64,000 bases of DNA from Perkinsus olseni (Eukaryota). The stretch covers positions 1 to 64,000 of the forward strand of contig JABANN010000013.1 in the NCBI GenBank assembly GCA_013115125.1, written 5' to 3'. Under the pieces are notes generated by a model. The model was not told where the DNA came from. It did not search any database and saw only the letters and a list, made by a program, of their open reading frames with translations. Within the stretch, counting starts at the first letter, position 1. Every line of letters starts with the position of its first letter. Shown here one piece after another: positions 47,289 through 58,509 of the stretch. Both the position numbers and the translations under genes were made by a program.

Positions 47289-47385
47289 GGCGGAGATGAG
47301 GACAAACAATTTACCACCTTGTCTGAGCCGATCTCCGGATCGGATGACGACAAAACTTTGTCATGCATCACCAACTGATCCGCTC
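47289..47385 (+). ncRNA. Box C/D snoRNA, probable functional homologue of U33/snR55
   Basis: C ATGAGGA 47296, D' CTGA 47323, hairpin CCGATC-TCCG-GATCGG, C' ATGACGA 47344, D CTGA 47375, terminal stem GCGGA/TCCGC. The guide GTCATGCATCACCA pairs with 18S UGGUGGUGCAUGGC. Confidence 0.8.
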
Positions 47386-47798
47386 TTGTACCACTGCTTC
47401 TTGGGAGAGGAGATTGGATAAAGAAACTGTCTTTCGAGCTGAATGGGAAGTATACCGCCTCGGTGTTATTTTTGGCGAGATGTCGTACGGATGGGGCCAG
47501 TAGGTTTGTCTACTGATCGATGTCGTTGCGCATGGTGTATGAGAGACCACGGTAGTGGTCACTGCCACGCTTTCCGTGTACCCTCGGTAGAAGTTACTGT
47601 CGCACTGCCATGCATGAGACGATGTTTTTATTACCTCTCCTGATGTTGAGTTGCGCTAAGGATCGGTGAGTTCTGTGGTGGGAGTCATGCCGACTTGGAT
47701 ACAATGACAATTGATACAGTGTCTGAGAAGACGGCCGAGATGAACGGCAGCGCAGTGGCCTCCTCGAGTAGTGGGTCTTCGACTGTACATTAGCCATC

Positions 47799-49836
47799 AT
47801 GTCGGTGCTGCTCAGGTTCGTCCAGCCCTCAGGAGGTATCCGGAGGGCAGCATTGGCGAACCTTCGTAGATCACAGCACGGAGTCTGGGGTTGTGGACAA
47901 GGGCAGGTCGGCCCCTGTGGAGGTCGAGATGGTATCGTCGTCGATGGGATTTGGTACGATGCCGAACCTGTGGAAGGCCGAAGAGCCTCTGCAGCCGCCG
48001 ATTCAACGCAGTGCTACCTATACGAGTAGTGATGCTTTTGGTAGTATGGGGGACCTGAGGGACACTCGGGCCAGCATCCAGAGCGCCCCTGGGGTGTCTA
48101 CAATGCAGTACGGACGAAATAGTTTTTTCACGGCCGACTCGCCTGCGATGGAGTTGAGAGGCTACAACGGTGCCAACGACTCTATGCGGAAATCGACGGC
48201 GATGGGGAGAGGGTTTGACTCGGCTCGGCACGGCACCCCGGCTAGGGCAGCCACGAGGTCCCTGCTGGACGAGGCTCCTGCTAGGGGGGCGGCAACTCAC
48301 AGCCACGCCCCTCGGGATATGTTCTTCGGGGAGTCCGGTGGTGCTACGAATGGGAGGCGATCGGGGTTAGAGTTTGAGACAGGGCAGATTGGATTCGGCG
48401 GAGTGAACCAAATGGAGAGCAGGACCTTGTCCTTCGATGATGATGGTGATTCACTGAACTGGGGTGCTCAGTCGATACCCCCTACCCCAGCATCATTTGC
48501 CAGCCTGGATACCACCGCTCGGCACAGCGGTTGGGGGCAGATCGCCTCGGGAGAGCCTACGAGGACGCCGGCCCCCTCGGGGGAGTCTGCGGATTTGACG
48601 GGTTGGGCGGAGGCGGTGGATGAAGAATCGGTGATAGCCGAGACGGATGAGAATGGCCTGAGGGAGTGGGCGAAGGCGACGGACAGCTTCAGTCGGGCAG
48701 GTAGCACGAGGAGTGTGGCAACGAGGGACAATGGAGTCTCCTGTGACAGTCCGTGGAGGAGGTCAGCGACGGCTCCGTCGGATGCAAGGTTCGACCTTGG
48801 ATTCGATGGCGTCGATGAGTGGCCCCGAGCGCCCTTCGATACCCCCATGAGCACCTCTGCCTGGGGTGACAGCCCAGTGGACGGATGGCCGGGTACTGTC
48901 GCTAGGAGCCTCGACTTCAGCACGGCTGGTGATCTATCCAACGCTAATGGAAGGGCTCGACACCATCGGCATCATCATCGTCATAGCAAGCATCGTCATA
49001 AGGTTAGTGTGTCCCCACCGATAGACCTAGGCTCGGACGACAAGCCGCTTACGAGGAGCGCGCTTCAACCTTGGAAGCCGCCACAGGCACCCAAGCATGA
49101 CGGGCATCAGGGCTCGATCTCAGCGCAGTTGAAAAGGGTATCAACTTCGATCACAGGCCAGTGGGACGCCTTCAAGGTCAGCGTGCTTGGCCGGAGGTCG
49201 TCTCGGGGCGAGGGTCTTCGGCAGAGTTCATTCTGTTCTGAGATGGAAGACTATCTGTATCTATTGGAGATGACTGAGCATATACCGTCAGTAAGGCAGA
49301 TGGTCATTGAGCCGTGGGCGAAGTACTTTGCATTCAAGATGGAGCTCCCAGAGGTGGCTCAGGAGGAGGAGGAATCTTTGGACTCTGTGGAAAATCTTCC
49401 GAGTGCGGTTGAGGATACTCGGCCGACAGAACCTAAAAAGGAGCGTAGAGTGTTCGTCAGTATATTATCCTATCCAGCCACTCTGCCCCGGCCCAACTCC
49501 CTTGAGGTCAGGTTAGTCCGCAGCGACCAGTCGGAGATCCTCTCAATGGCCTTTGCGTCTCGAGGAGAGCCGCTCTCGGTCGAGGTGCCGGCGGACGCCC
49601 CTCCTAACTTCCTCATAGAGCTCATCTTCGGTGGCTGCGAGCTGGTGGCGCGGTACCAGTGGGCTGCGGCGATTGCCTGTCCTGGTGCTCCTCTAGAGGC
49701 TCTTTTGGAGAAGAGAGGGAGGCCGGAGGACCAATTTGGATTGGACGAAGATCCTCAAAAGAGTATATTTGCTTCCTTTAAGATTGCTTATGTTACCGAC
49801 CAGAATTTTCGACAGTCTGTTTCTTCCCCTATGTAG
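47799..49836 (+). CDS. Hypothetical protein with a long disordered region (W/F-rich short motifs, His tract) and a folded C-terminal domain
   Basis: A 647-codon ORF joined in frame to the ATG at 47799 by a GTTCG...ACAG intron at 47816-47876. Confidence 0.6.
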
Positions 49837-49912
49837 CCAAGATGTGGGTGCAGCGTTGGGGAATGACCAGCCTCGAGCTTGGGTGCGCCCGTCAGGTTTT
49901 TTTCTTTGCCGT

Positions 49913-52900
49913 ATGAACCTTTTGACGGAGGTCATCAATTTCGGAATTATTCCCGTAGATAAATTCTCTTTTCGAGATATCTTCGTCCGAAATGGTAGTA
50001 CGGGGGAGGGAAGGCTGGAGAGGGTTTGTCGGTTGCCCTAGGGATTGCGGTAGAGCCTTCGGCAGGAAAGGCGTCCCAGCTGAGGGCTGCTCCATTGGGT
50101 CACGCATGTCACCCGCGAATTTTCTCTTCGACGCTGGTGGCGCTTCGCTCCGCTCTAACGAGTCTGTGTCTTGGCAGAGTCACCCGAGATGGAAGAATTT
50201 TCGTTCTCTGAGCAGGAAGACAACGGCTCGAGGAATTTGGAGGTGCGGATCCAGCCCGAATCTTCCACGGTGCCACCAGGTAATGCCGCTATGCTGCTCC
50301 CGGCGGCATCCACGGACCTTTCCTCGGCTGCCAAGCACGGTGTGCACGATCAATGTCGGTATACGAACGACCTTTCGACAGTTGCGACTGAGCCGTGGGC
50401 GAGATGGCCTCCAAACTGCCTCGCTAGAGCTTTGAATCTACGGGGCATCTAGACGCGCGAGGACTGGGTTGGTGTCGTTTCGACGATCACCGTCCTGAGT
50501 CCGACACTTCCTGACTGGCGACTTGGCAACTCGGCAATCTGCCGCGAGCTCGCCGAACGGGAATGGGGGCAGAGCCCGTCCTCGCCTTCTAGAGCTAATC
50601 AGCCTTACCTTAGGTGCCAGTTTGAGTGTGAGGGTCGAGGTTCGTGCTACGGACCCTGCACCTGAAGGAGGCCCCTTCGAGACCTTCTACGACGTCCATC
50701 TAGGCGGCAGGAATACCCCAGCGCGGCTACACCTCATGGGTGAGTTTCTTGGGAATCCTGTACTCCCGGTGATGTTCAGAGCTGCAACGTTAGGGACGTT
50801 TGTGAAGCAAGAGCTGGAGATGGTAGTTGAAGGAGCGGACCCGGGCACTGTGGACTTAGGCCAGGTGGGGCTCCTTCACCCCATGGCCGAGACAGACCAG
50901 GGATTCATCAGGTCTACTGTGGCTTGCGGAAGACTGTTAAGGTTCGCTTGGTGAATAAAGGGCCACTCACCCTCCCTTTCTCCACCTCCCTCGAGAAGGC
51001 GGACGAGGTTCCGCCTGGAGTTATCGAAGCGTCTCCTATTAATGGTGTTGTGAAGGTGGGAGGAGAGCCTACCGGATGTTGGAAATATGTCCTGTGCAGG
51101 CCTTCGATACCACCTCCATCCACGTTTCATTTCGACCGCCGAAGTAAGTATTCGGGGCTCAGAGTATCATACCATCTCATACGTAACTCTCACGCCCGCG
51201 CGTGGGCAAGGCTTATTCTAAAACCATCATCTAGTGGCTACTTGGGAATTTCAAAGCATTGGCTCCGGCCATGTGAAGACTACGTCCCAGCCCACAGGGA
51301 CGAGCCCAGCGTCATACAGCTTCTTCGAATCAACGTTACCTTCTCTAGCCCGAGGAGGCATGCATTGCCTTAGATATACAGAACGGAAAGGGTTCAAGTG
51401 CACGAGGGCCGCCCAGGAGATCATCAATCAATACCAGTGCCAAGTGAAGGTTGAATCCGAGGACCTGCTGGACTACCAGCTCACCCTTCCTGTGGTTGGA
51501 AGTAGCATTGTAAGCGAGGTCCTGACGGGTCGATCACGCTATAGAGCATCTCTCAGGTACCGACTCTCTCAGTCTCGCCTTCTTCCCTGGACTTTGGCGG
51601 CTGCCCTGTGTAATATAGTCGCCTGATAGATTGCACACGTTTGAATTTCAGGGGTGACCGTAGAGATATTGTTCTGACACTGCGTAATGAGCATGCCTCG
51701 CTTCCGATCGATTGGGCTGTTCGAAGCGTCTCCCACATAAACGTCAGGCCGTCTTCTGGAAAGATAGTACTATGATTTGGGTGGAGCTGAGCTTTTCGCT
51801 TCTAACGAGCGTAGCCGCAGTGTCGCCAACTTGTCGTCTTTTCCCCTTTGGTTCTGGGTTGCTATTTTGAGGAAAGATATACTTATGGTCACCCCACCAC
51901 TTTTGTGCTCGTCGCTTGTCAACGGCTGCACGTTCGTGAGCAACCCCACCTTCTGCCATTAAAGACTTCCGATAGATGTAACCCCAATCCTGCGCCTTGA
52001 GGCACACAGTTGCTAAGTGACGCCAGGTTCCAAGGCTCGGAATCCATCTCTTCGCGAGGTTGCCTGCCTCGTAGCGTGTTGTTCTTGTGATGGGAGTGAT
52101 GCTCTGGTGGCCTCATTGTTAGTTTTAGGGACCGCTCTCGACGCAGGAGGCTGTGGTTACTTTTTCTCCCAAGTCCCTGGGCAATCATCAGCGCGATATC
52201 AGCATCATGTACTGCAACAAGCTATATAGTGTGAAGGTGTATGCTATTGGATGGGGAGAGGTGGCTAGAGGGCCTGGACAGAAGCAACGGCATGGGCTGG
52301 AGGCGATCCCTGAGGACTTTGCTCCGGACTATAAGTTCGTTGATCAAGATGAAGTGAAAGCGCAGCGAGCAGCTGCTGCCGCTATGGTAAAGGAAGGAGC
52401 CAGGCCGATTACTCTGACCAGGATAATGAAGAGCAAATCTACTAGTAGGCTCTTGGGCGGTAGATGACCCTGCCGAGCTGGCTGTGATGGTGTGTGTGCC
52501 CCTAATTAGATTGCTCGTTGAAGGGGTCTGTAGGTCTTCGTAGGTATGGACCACGCTGAGTCCTCGATGCTCCTGAGGAGTGTGCTGCTGGAGCGAACTG
52601 GAGATACAACACAATATGCGCTCTCACCAAGCGGCATGCAGGAACATATACGGAATAAGACATTCTATAACGAGAGCATTAGGAAAGCGGCGAGAGAGGG
52701 CAAGAAAGCAAGATCTGCGGGAGAAGTGGATATCTTCGGTGCTGGTGACGTTGACCTGGGAATGTATAGGAAGCTCAGGAGCCCGCGGTTATCAGTGGAC
52801 GAGATACTCCACGATGAGCTATACCAGCTCAAGTTGGTTGATGGTGGTGGGGAAGGCCATCGTGGGGTGACTGGTCTGCTGTGGGTCTGTTCCCTCCACG

Positions 52901-53126
52901 ACCTGCTTTGTGATTAGAGGGCGTTAGGTACCAACATGATGGGATGGAGTTATTATCTGAGAAGCATGAGCCGGCTCCACTGACACAGGTGGAGGCAGCT
53001 CCCGTGACGGTAGGAGCAATGGGAGCTTGGGAGTGTCACTGCTTCCTACAGGCGGATGGTTCGGCGTTGGAGATCAACTCCGGCGTGGGCGGGGACGATC
53101 CTTGCGAATCGCATGAGGCTGTCTAA
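49913..53126 (+). CDS. CFAP47-like cilia/flagella protein with ASH/Ig-like repeats, many small exons; apparently partial
   Basis: Exons INFGII...IFVRNG, VRLVNKGP...ASPINGVV, LTLRNEHASLPIDW...VRPSSG and VTFSPKSLG are typical ASH-domain strands. Boundaries approximate. Confidence 0.45.
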
Positions 53127-53605
53127 TAACGTAAGGCCTCGCCTCATCCTCGCTGGAGTATCTGTCGAGGTTTCAGGCTCAGAACCGCGGGTTCCTGTCG
53201 CTCTAGACTGTGCAAGCGCCTCCAGCATGCACCGAGAGTCGCTGTTGTTGCTGTGTAGCATACATAGTATACATGGATAGAGCATGGAGTATTGATATTA
53301 TCGTTGTATACTAAGATGAGCTCTCATAACCGCTATCGTGTGTGGTTGGGTTACTGGTCTGGTATGGGCTCTAAGAAGGTCGTGGGGCGCGACCTTCGAC
53401 CTTCACAACTTGAATGGCGCGATAGTTTAACGCGTAGTATAGAAGTTCCCATGATGTGTTGCTGTACAAAAGCTGTCTCTTGTTGGAACGCGTATGGCCG
53501 AGGGTGCACTGTTGCTCACTGTTGAAAGAAGTCGGATTTCTTTTGCGGTCTAGTTTATTCAGCTATGAAATCAGGGCCGTCCGAAGCGTCGCAGCTGTTC
53601 GAACA

Positions 53606-54440
53606 ATGGTTGAAGCAGAGAACGATGAGCACCATCCATCCGCCGTGTTGTCACCTGGAATGGGTTCATCGGAAAGAGCTCTTCGGGGAAGGGATTAAGA
53701 AGGTGTTGCTGTCGGCAAGGGCTGGTGATCTGTGCTGCTTCACGGACGCCTTCGACGGTTCAGGTGAACAACATAGCACTATTTCATAAGTATCCCGACC
53801 TCCTTCCCAAAGAGCACCAACCGAGTGTCCAGCAGGAGCGTGGCAGCCGGAAACGCTCGGTCAGCTTCGACCCGAGGGCGTCTCAGGGGTAGACAGGCAG
53901 ACCTGTTCTCCTGTGCGGCAGCCTCGATCGCTCTAGGCCTCATCAGAAGGAAGATCCATCTCGCTGGAGGCCCTGCCCTATGACGGAGCGGGAACAGAAC
54001 CTGCTCAAGCTCATATGCTTGCAAGTAGGTCTCAGCACCAACGCCCTCTCGAAGTTTGCGTTTGCGGTTTTTCGCGGTGGTATCCTCACTCATAAGCACT
54101 GCGTTATTCTCTCTGTTGGTTTACTCCCTTCATCTCCTCAGTACCTTCCGAAGGATTCGCCGACGTTGACGCCTTCTGTGCGGCTGAAGATCCGACGCTA
54201 TTTGCAGTACTTGATGTTCGTGGACTCCGGCTTCAAAGACTTCCTCTTGTGCAATTCCAACAACGCTGCCAAGTTGCTTGAGAACATAGGTATATGTGCG
54301 CTAGACTGCTTCGACCCTCAACTCGATTCATGCTTTAGGACGATTGCTAGAGGCCAATGGCAACCAGCGGAGGCCGGTCCATAAGGCGGTGAGCAACTTA
54401 TCGGGGACTAGGAGTGCATTTGAAGTCCTCAGGTCCAGAT
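53606..54440 (+). CDS. Hypothetical multi-exon protein
   Basis: Short plus-strand ORF pieces separated by GT-AG introns (EQNLLKLICLQ / YLPKDSP...LLENI); no family recognised. Confidence 0.3.
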
Positions 54441-54655
54441 TGCGACCTCGGCGTGTGTGAGGATCCCTGTTGAGCTCCAAGACAGCCAGGCCATGACGTA
54501 GATGATGAACATTCATGTGTTCTACGATGAATCGTTGTTCGAATAGCCCACGGCTGGTTGTGTTGCGGAGTGTTCTTATCGGGAAGTTGGGTCGAGATGT
54601 CCGCAGTTCTGTCTCTGTCTCTGTCTCAGTTCTGTTCTCCGACCATGCTCCACCA

Positions 54656-56347
54656 ATGACCAGCCTACAACGGAAACTCACTCTGCGCCATTTGCTACAG
54701 TTGGCGGCTGTGGTGATCGCTGCACTGTGCTTAGCCTGCAAAGTCGTCAGGGTGACGAGTCTCTCCGACCCTGAAGTCCCTGAGATTCTCTTGTGTGTGG
54801 CCTCCTACATCATTTTGTACAAGTTCTGCTTGGGAGTGGATCTTTTCATCACCCAAATCCTCCCTACTATGCTCCTGTTCCCCGGGCCACTGTGGTGCAC
54901 CTTGCTGGCCGGAGTAGTGCACGCGCTCCACATAGCTGTCACCATCGACCCTCCCAGCCGACTGCGAGAAGCTTTGGTGTTGCGGCTCATAGAGGTTGCC
55001 TTGACCATCCACATCACATACGTTCTGCGTGCCTTTCAACCCTGGCCTTTGCTAGGCCTTCTCGGAGTCGGCATCACCACCCATTGGGAAGATGCGGACT
55101 TGCTCTGTGATGTACGGCAGCTGTTTGTGTGCCTGGGTGCCACTTGTTGTGATATAACATTGTTCGTGAATGCATTCGGTGTAGCTCCCGTTGCCCGGCG
55201 GGTGCGTGCGGCCTATGTCGTCTCTAGGCTGCTGGTCGGCATGGTGCTGTTATTAGTATCGCCCCAGTATGTGCTTACAACTGCAATCCTATTGATCCTG
55301 TATTCCACTTGCCAAGGCTGGATCGTGGTTGTCCGACCAATTAGCGTGCCGCTCAGTGAGATCAAAATATCCGACAACAAGTCCCATCCGGCGGATCGCT
55401 GTCTCCTGCCTTTCTTCGAGTACCAAATGCGGAAGCGCCTGGCTGAGGAGGTAGAGGAGATCGACACCGGTCTGGACGCCGAGTCGGACGATGAATTTGA
55501 GGAGTGCGTGGATCCCTCAGTGCCTTTCTGCATCGAGCGGTTCCGAGAGCGAGCTGAGCTTGGCAAAGGCGAGTTCGGTCGCTGCGTCTGGGTCTTCGAC
55601 GTGTCCAGCGGTCGTGAGTACGCCCTGAAGTATTTGAACAAGAGCATCTATCGTCGAAGGGGGCTGACGGCTAAGGCTGCGGAGGAGCTTCGGATAGTCA
55701 GTGGAATCAGTCACCAAAACGTCGTTACTTTTTATGGCGCATATGAGACTGCGGACACATGGGCCTTCGTCTTCGAGTACTGCGTCCATGGTGACCTGGC
55801 CGCCTACATGTCTAGGAACAACCCAGTTAACCCCATAGTTGCCTTGGGCATGGCCTCTAGGGTGCTACAGGCTGTAAACTACCTCCATGAGCTGTGGATA
55901 GTGTATAGAGATCTCAAGCCTGCCAACGTGGTACTCGACTCCAACTACGACCCCAAGCTGTGTGACTTTGGTCTAGCTATCTGGCGTCGCAGTCCGGACG
56001 CGAAGTGCCGAACATTCTGTGGGAGCGCTGGGTACTGTGCACCGGAAGTTCGGACGGGCCCCGAGTATGACGACAAGTGCGACATCTTCAGCTGGGGCGC
56101 TCTGCTGTGGGCGCTAGTAGCGGGCATGCAGGCCCACCTGCATAGATCATGGCCGTCCACGCTGTCAGGGACCGATGCTTGGTTTGAAGGCCATCTGGCA
56201 AGGTTCCCAGCTGTGGACCGTGAAGGCGTTCGTGAAGTTCTCAGCATGGCGGCCATGGCCAACCCTATCGACAGACCAGACTCCGCCTTCCTGTGCTTCG
56301 GGAGTCCTCACGTCTTGAGGTGGCAGACGTATCCTTGTACGGTTTAG
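54656..56347 (+). CDS. Ser/Thr protein kinase with an N-terminal multi-pass membrane region, intronless
   Basis: GKGEFG, ALK, YRDLKPANV, DFG, FCGSAGYCAPE and DIFSWG motifs. About 230 aa of hydrophobic segments precede the kinase domain. Confidence 0.88.
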   Translation: MTSLQRKLTLRHLLQLAAVVIAALCLACKVVRVTSLSDPEVPEILLCVASYIILYKFCLGVDLFITQILPTMLLFPGPLWCTLLAGVVHALHIAVTIDPPSRLREALVLRLIEVALTIHITYVLRAFQPWPLLGLLGVGITTHWEDADLLCDVRQLFVCLGATCCDITLFVNAFGVAPVARRVRAAYVVSRLLVGMVLLLVSPQYVLTTAILLILYSTCQGWIVVVRPISVPLSEIKISDNKSHPADRCLLPFFEYQMRKRLAEEVEEIDTGLDAESDDEFEECVDPSVPFCIERFRERAELGKGEFGRCVWVFDVSSGREYALKYLNKSIYRRRGLTAKAAEELRIVSGISHQNVVTFYGAYETADTWAFVFEYCVHGDLAAYMSRNNPVNPIVALGMASRVLQAVNYLHELWIVYRDLKPANVVLDSNYDPKLCDFGLAIWRRSPDAKCRTFCGSAGYCAPEVRTGPEYDDKCDIFSWGALLWALVAGMQAHLHRSWPSTLSGTDAWFEGHLARFPAVDREGVREVLSMAAMANPIDRPDSAFLCFGSPHVLRWQTYPCTV

Positions 56348-56537
56348 TGAATATAAAGCATCGCGCTGCCAGCGACCATTTGTATTATGTGTTTCATTCC
56401 CTTTGCTCTACCTGGGTTGCGTTAGTAAGTTCGGAGAGGAAGATTCGCACTTGCTCGGGCGCCCCTCCAATTCGCACTCTCGTTGTGGTCGTTTGCAGCT
56501 CAACTGAGTGAATAACTCTCGTGCAGCATTTGCCTGC

Positions 56538-57870
56538 ATGCTAACACCGCGAAACTTGCGGAAGGTCACAGTTCGCCTCATCCCAGCTTGTGGACTACCG
56601 CGCCGGTGGTTCTCCTCGGCCGCCACCACTGAAGAAAAACATTATCGAGATCTAGGAGAACCTCCCCTCCCGAGCACACATAGGGTGTGAGTGAACGTCC
56701 GCTCCGGTCACGACGCCGATGCTGGCCTAGGCTTTGTGCGTCTTTTTACGGATCAACATTACCACCTTGCTGGGTCACTATTTCTCATCCAGGTTCACGA
56801 GGTCCGGAGTTCGAGCGTTCGACGCTCAAATTGACTACCCGATAGAGGAGGTGCCTGTCATTCTGGCTGCCGGCCGGACCATCCTGGCCGATGAACGGAT
56901 ACGGTTCAGCGAGGAGGAGCTCCAAGGGTTGCCAGAGCCAGAGCTGCACGACGGAGTTTTTGTATGCTCGCTGCCGGGTGGCGGTTCGTGAAATTTTATT
57001 GGTGCTCATCTGCCTCAGTGGATGATGCGCTGCTTGCAGAGGGCGCGGCTTTCTTCGACGATTGTTAATGGACTAGTTCAGCGGGTATACGACCGAGTTG
57101 AATATCCCAAACTCGGGTTCCCCAGTACCTTGGATCGGAAGATCAAGATACAGAAGACTCTCCACTGGAAAGACGTAACAGCAGCAATGGGGCTCTCTTC
57201 GGCTGAGTCGCTCGTTTTCGGCTGTTCCCATGCTGAGAACAGGTACCGGACGATGGCGAGTACTGTAAAATCATCCCTCTGGCCTACTGGACTGGTTTGA
57301 ACCTATGGCTGTTGTTCCAAAGAGTATCGGTAGACGGCTACCCATTCGACAATTGGCTGGCGAGTAATTCGACCCGAGCTTGGCCATCCGACACTTCTTC
57401 TCTCACAGACGACCTCCTAGAGTGGCAGTACATGCTCCTTGACCAATGGATACGGATGGCCGGTGTGCCGACACCGAGTGTTGGGATGGAGACTCATGTG
57501 GGCATGCTCCCCTTCCCTGTGGGGATAGCGGAATCCGCTTACTTGTGTGTAGCGGATGGAGCGTCTACTAGTGGGCATGTCGCAAACACTGGACGAGGCT
57601 TGTTTTGCCTTACCTCGAAACTTTGAAGGGATCCATCCGACGCCTGAGAACTCTCCAGAGGTAGCCCGTGGCCACCTCTGTTTTCTGTTTCATACGTCTC
57701 GGGTTGCTCAGGAGCTACCGGTGTCTGTAGCGGGAACCCTGGAGGTTGGCCCGGAGACTTACAGTGACCACGTCCCTCTAGCCATGAGGATGGGCATGTT
57801 CTATCACAGTGTATGGAAAACTGTGTTCGCCGGAGCTCACGATTTGACTGCGCTCGAGAAGCGGAGGTGA
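56538..57870 (+). CDS. Hypothetical protein with a mitochondrial-type transit peptide, multi-exon
   Basis: Basic, acid-free N-terminus MLTPRNLRKVTVRL...PRRWFSSA, followed by several GT-AG-bounded exons. Confidence 0.5.
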
Positions 57871-58509
57871 ACGCATTCGACAGCTATCATGCCGCAGTCC
57901 CGATACTAGGTTGTACCTGACTACCATATATCTTCTCAAGAACAGGTCAATGCTCTGGCACATGTCCCCACAACAGGTGCGCTCATTCACTGCTCATCTG
58001 GTGTGTCATTACCGAAGTTCCTAAGGTGTGCATGGCGAAGTGGGCCTGGGCTGATGTATAACTTGAGATCTTCCCGTTCATGTGAATGTTGTTTCTACCC
58101 TTTCAAGGCTTCTGTTGGTGTCTGCTAATTGGATAGAGGCAGTGCTGGAGGCATCGCACTGAACATACGCCCGGCTTTCTCGTCCCCCGTGAACATTGTT
58201 AGACTGTAAACGCAACGCGAAATGTCCCACTTCTGTGCATGGCAAGTACAATTTCATCGTGAGAATAACAGGAAATGCATCCCATGAGCGCTGAGACCAT
58301 TGATGTAGATGTTGTTGCCCGTTAGGGCAGGTCTCCATTTTGTTTTATCCCGCCATCCCTTTGTCCTAGCAGACTTCGGAGAATGCTTTCTCCAACTACT
58401 CCTCCCACCTCCTCCCGGGCAGTACTGGCAGCGACAGGTTTCGTAGAAGGTACATCGGTAGGCGCTTCGTGGGGTGCCACTGCAGGGTTGGGGTACACAG
58501 GCCTTGCAG

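Noticed and set aside
51744-52007. 87-aa antisense ORF in an intron, considered as a transposon relic
   Set aside because: No RT or transposase motif, terminal repeats or target-site duplication seen.
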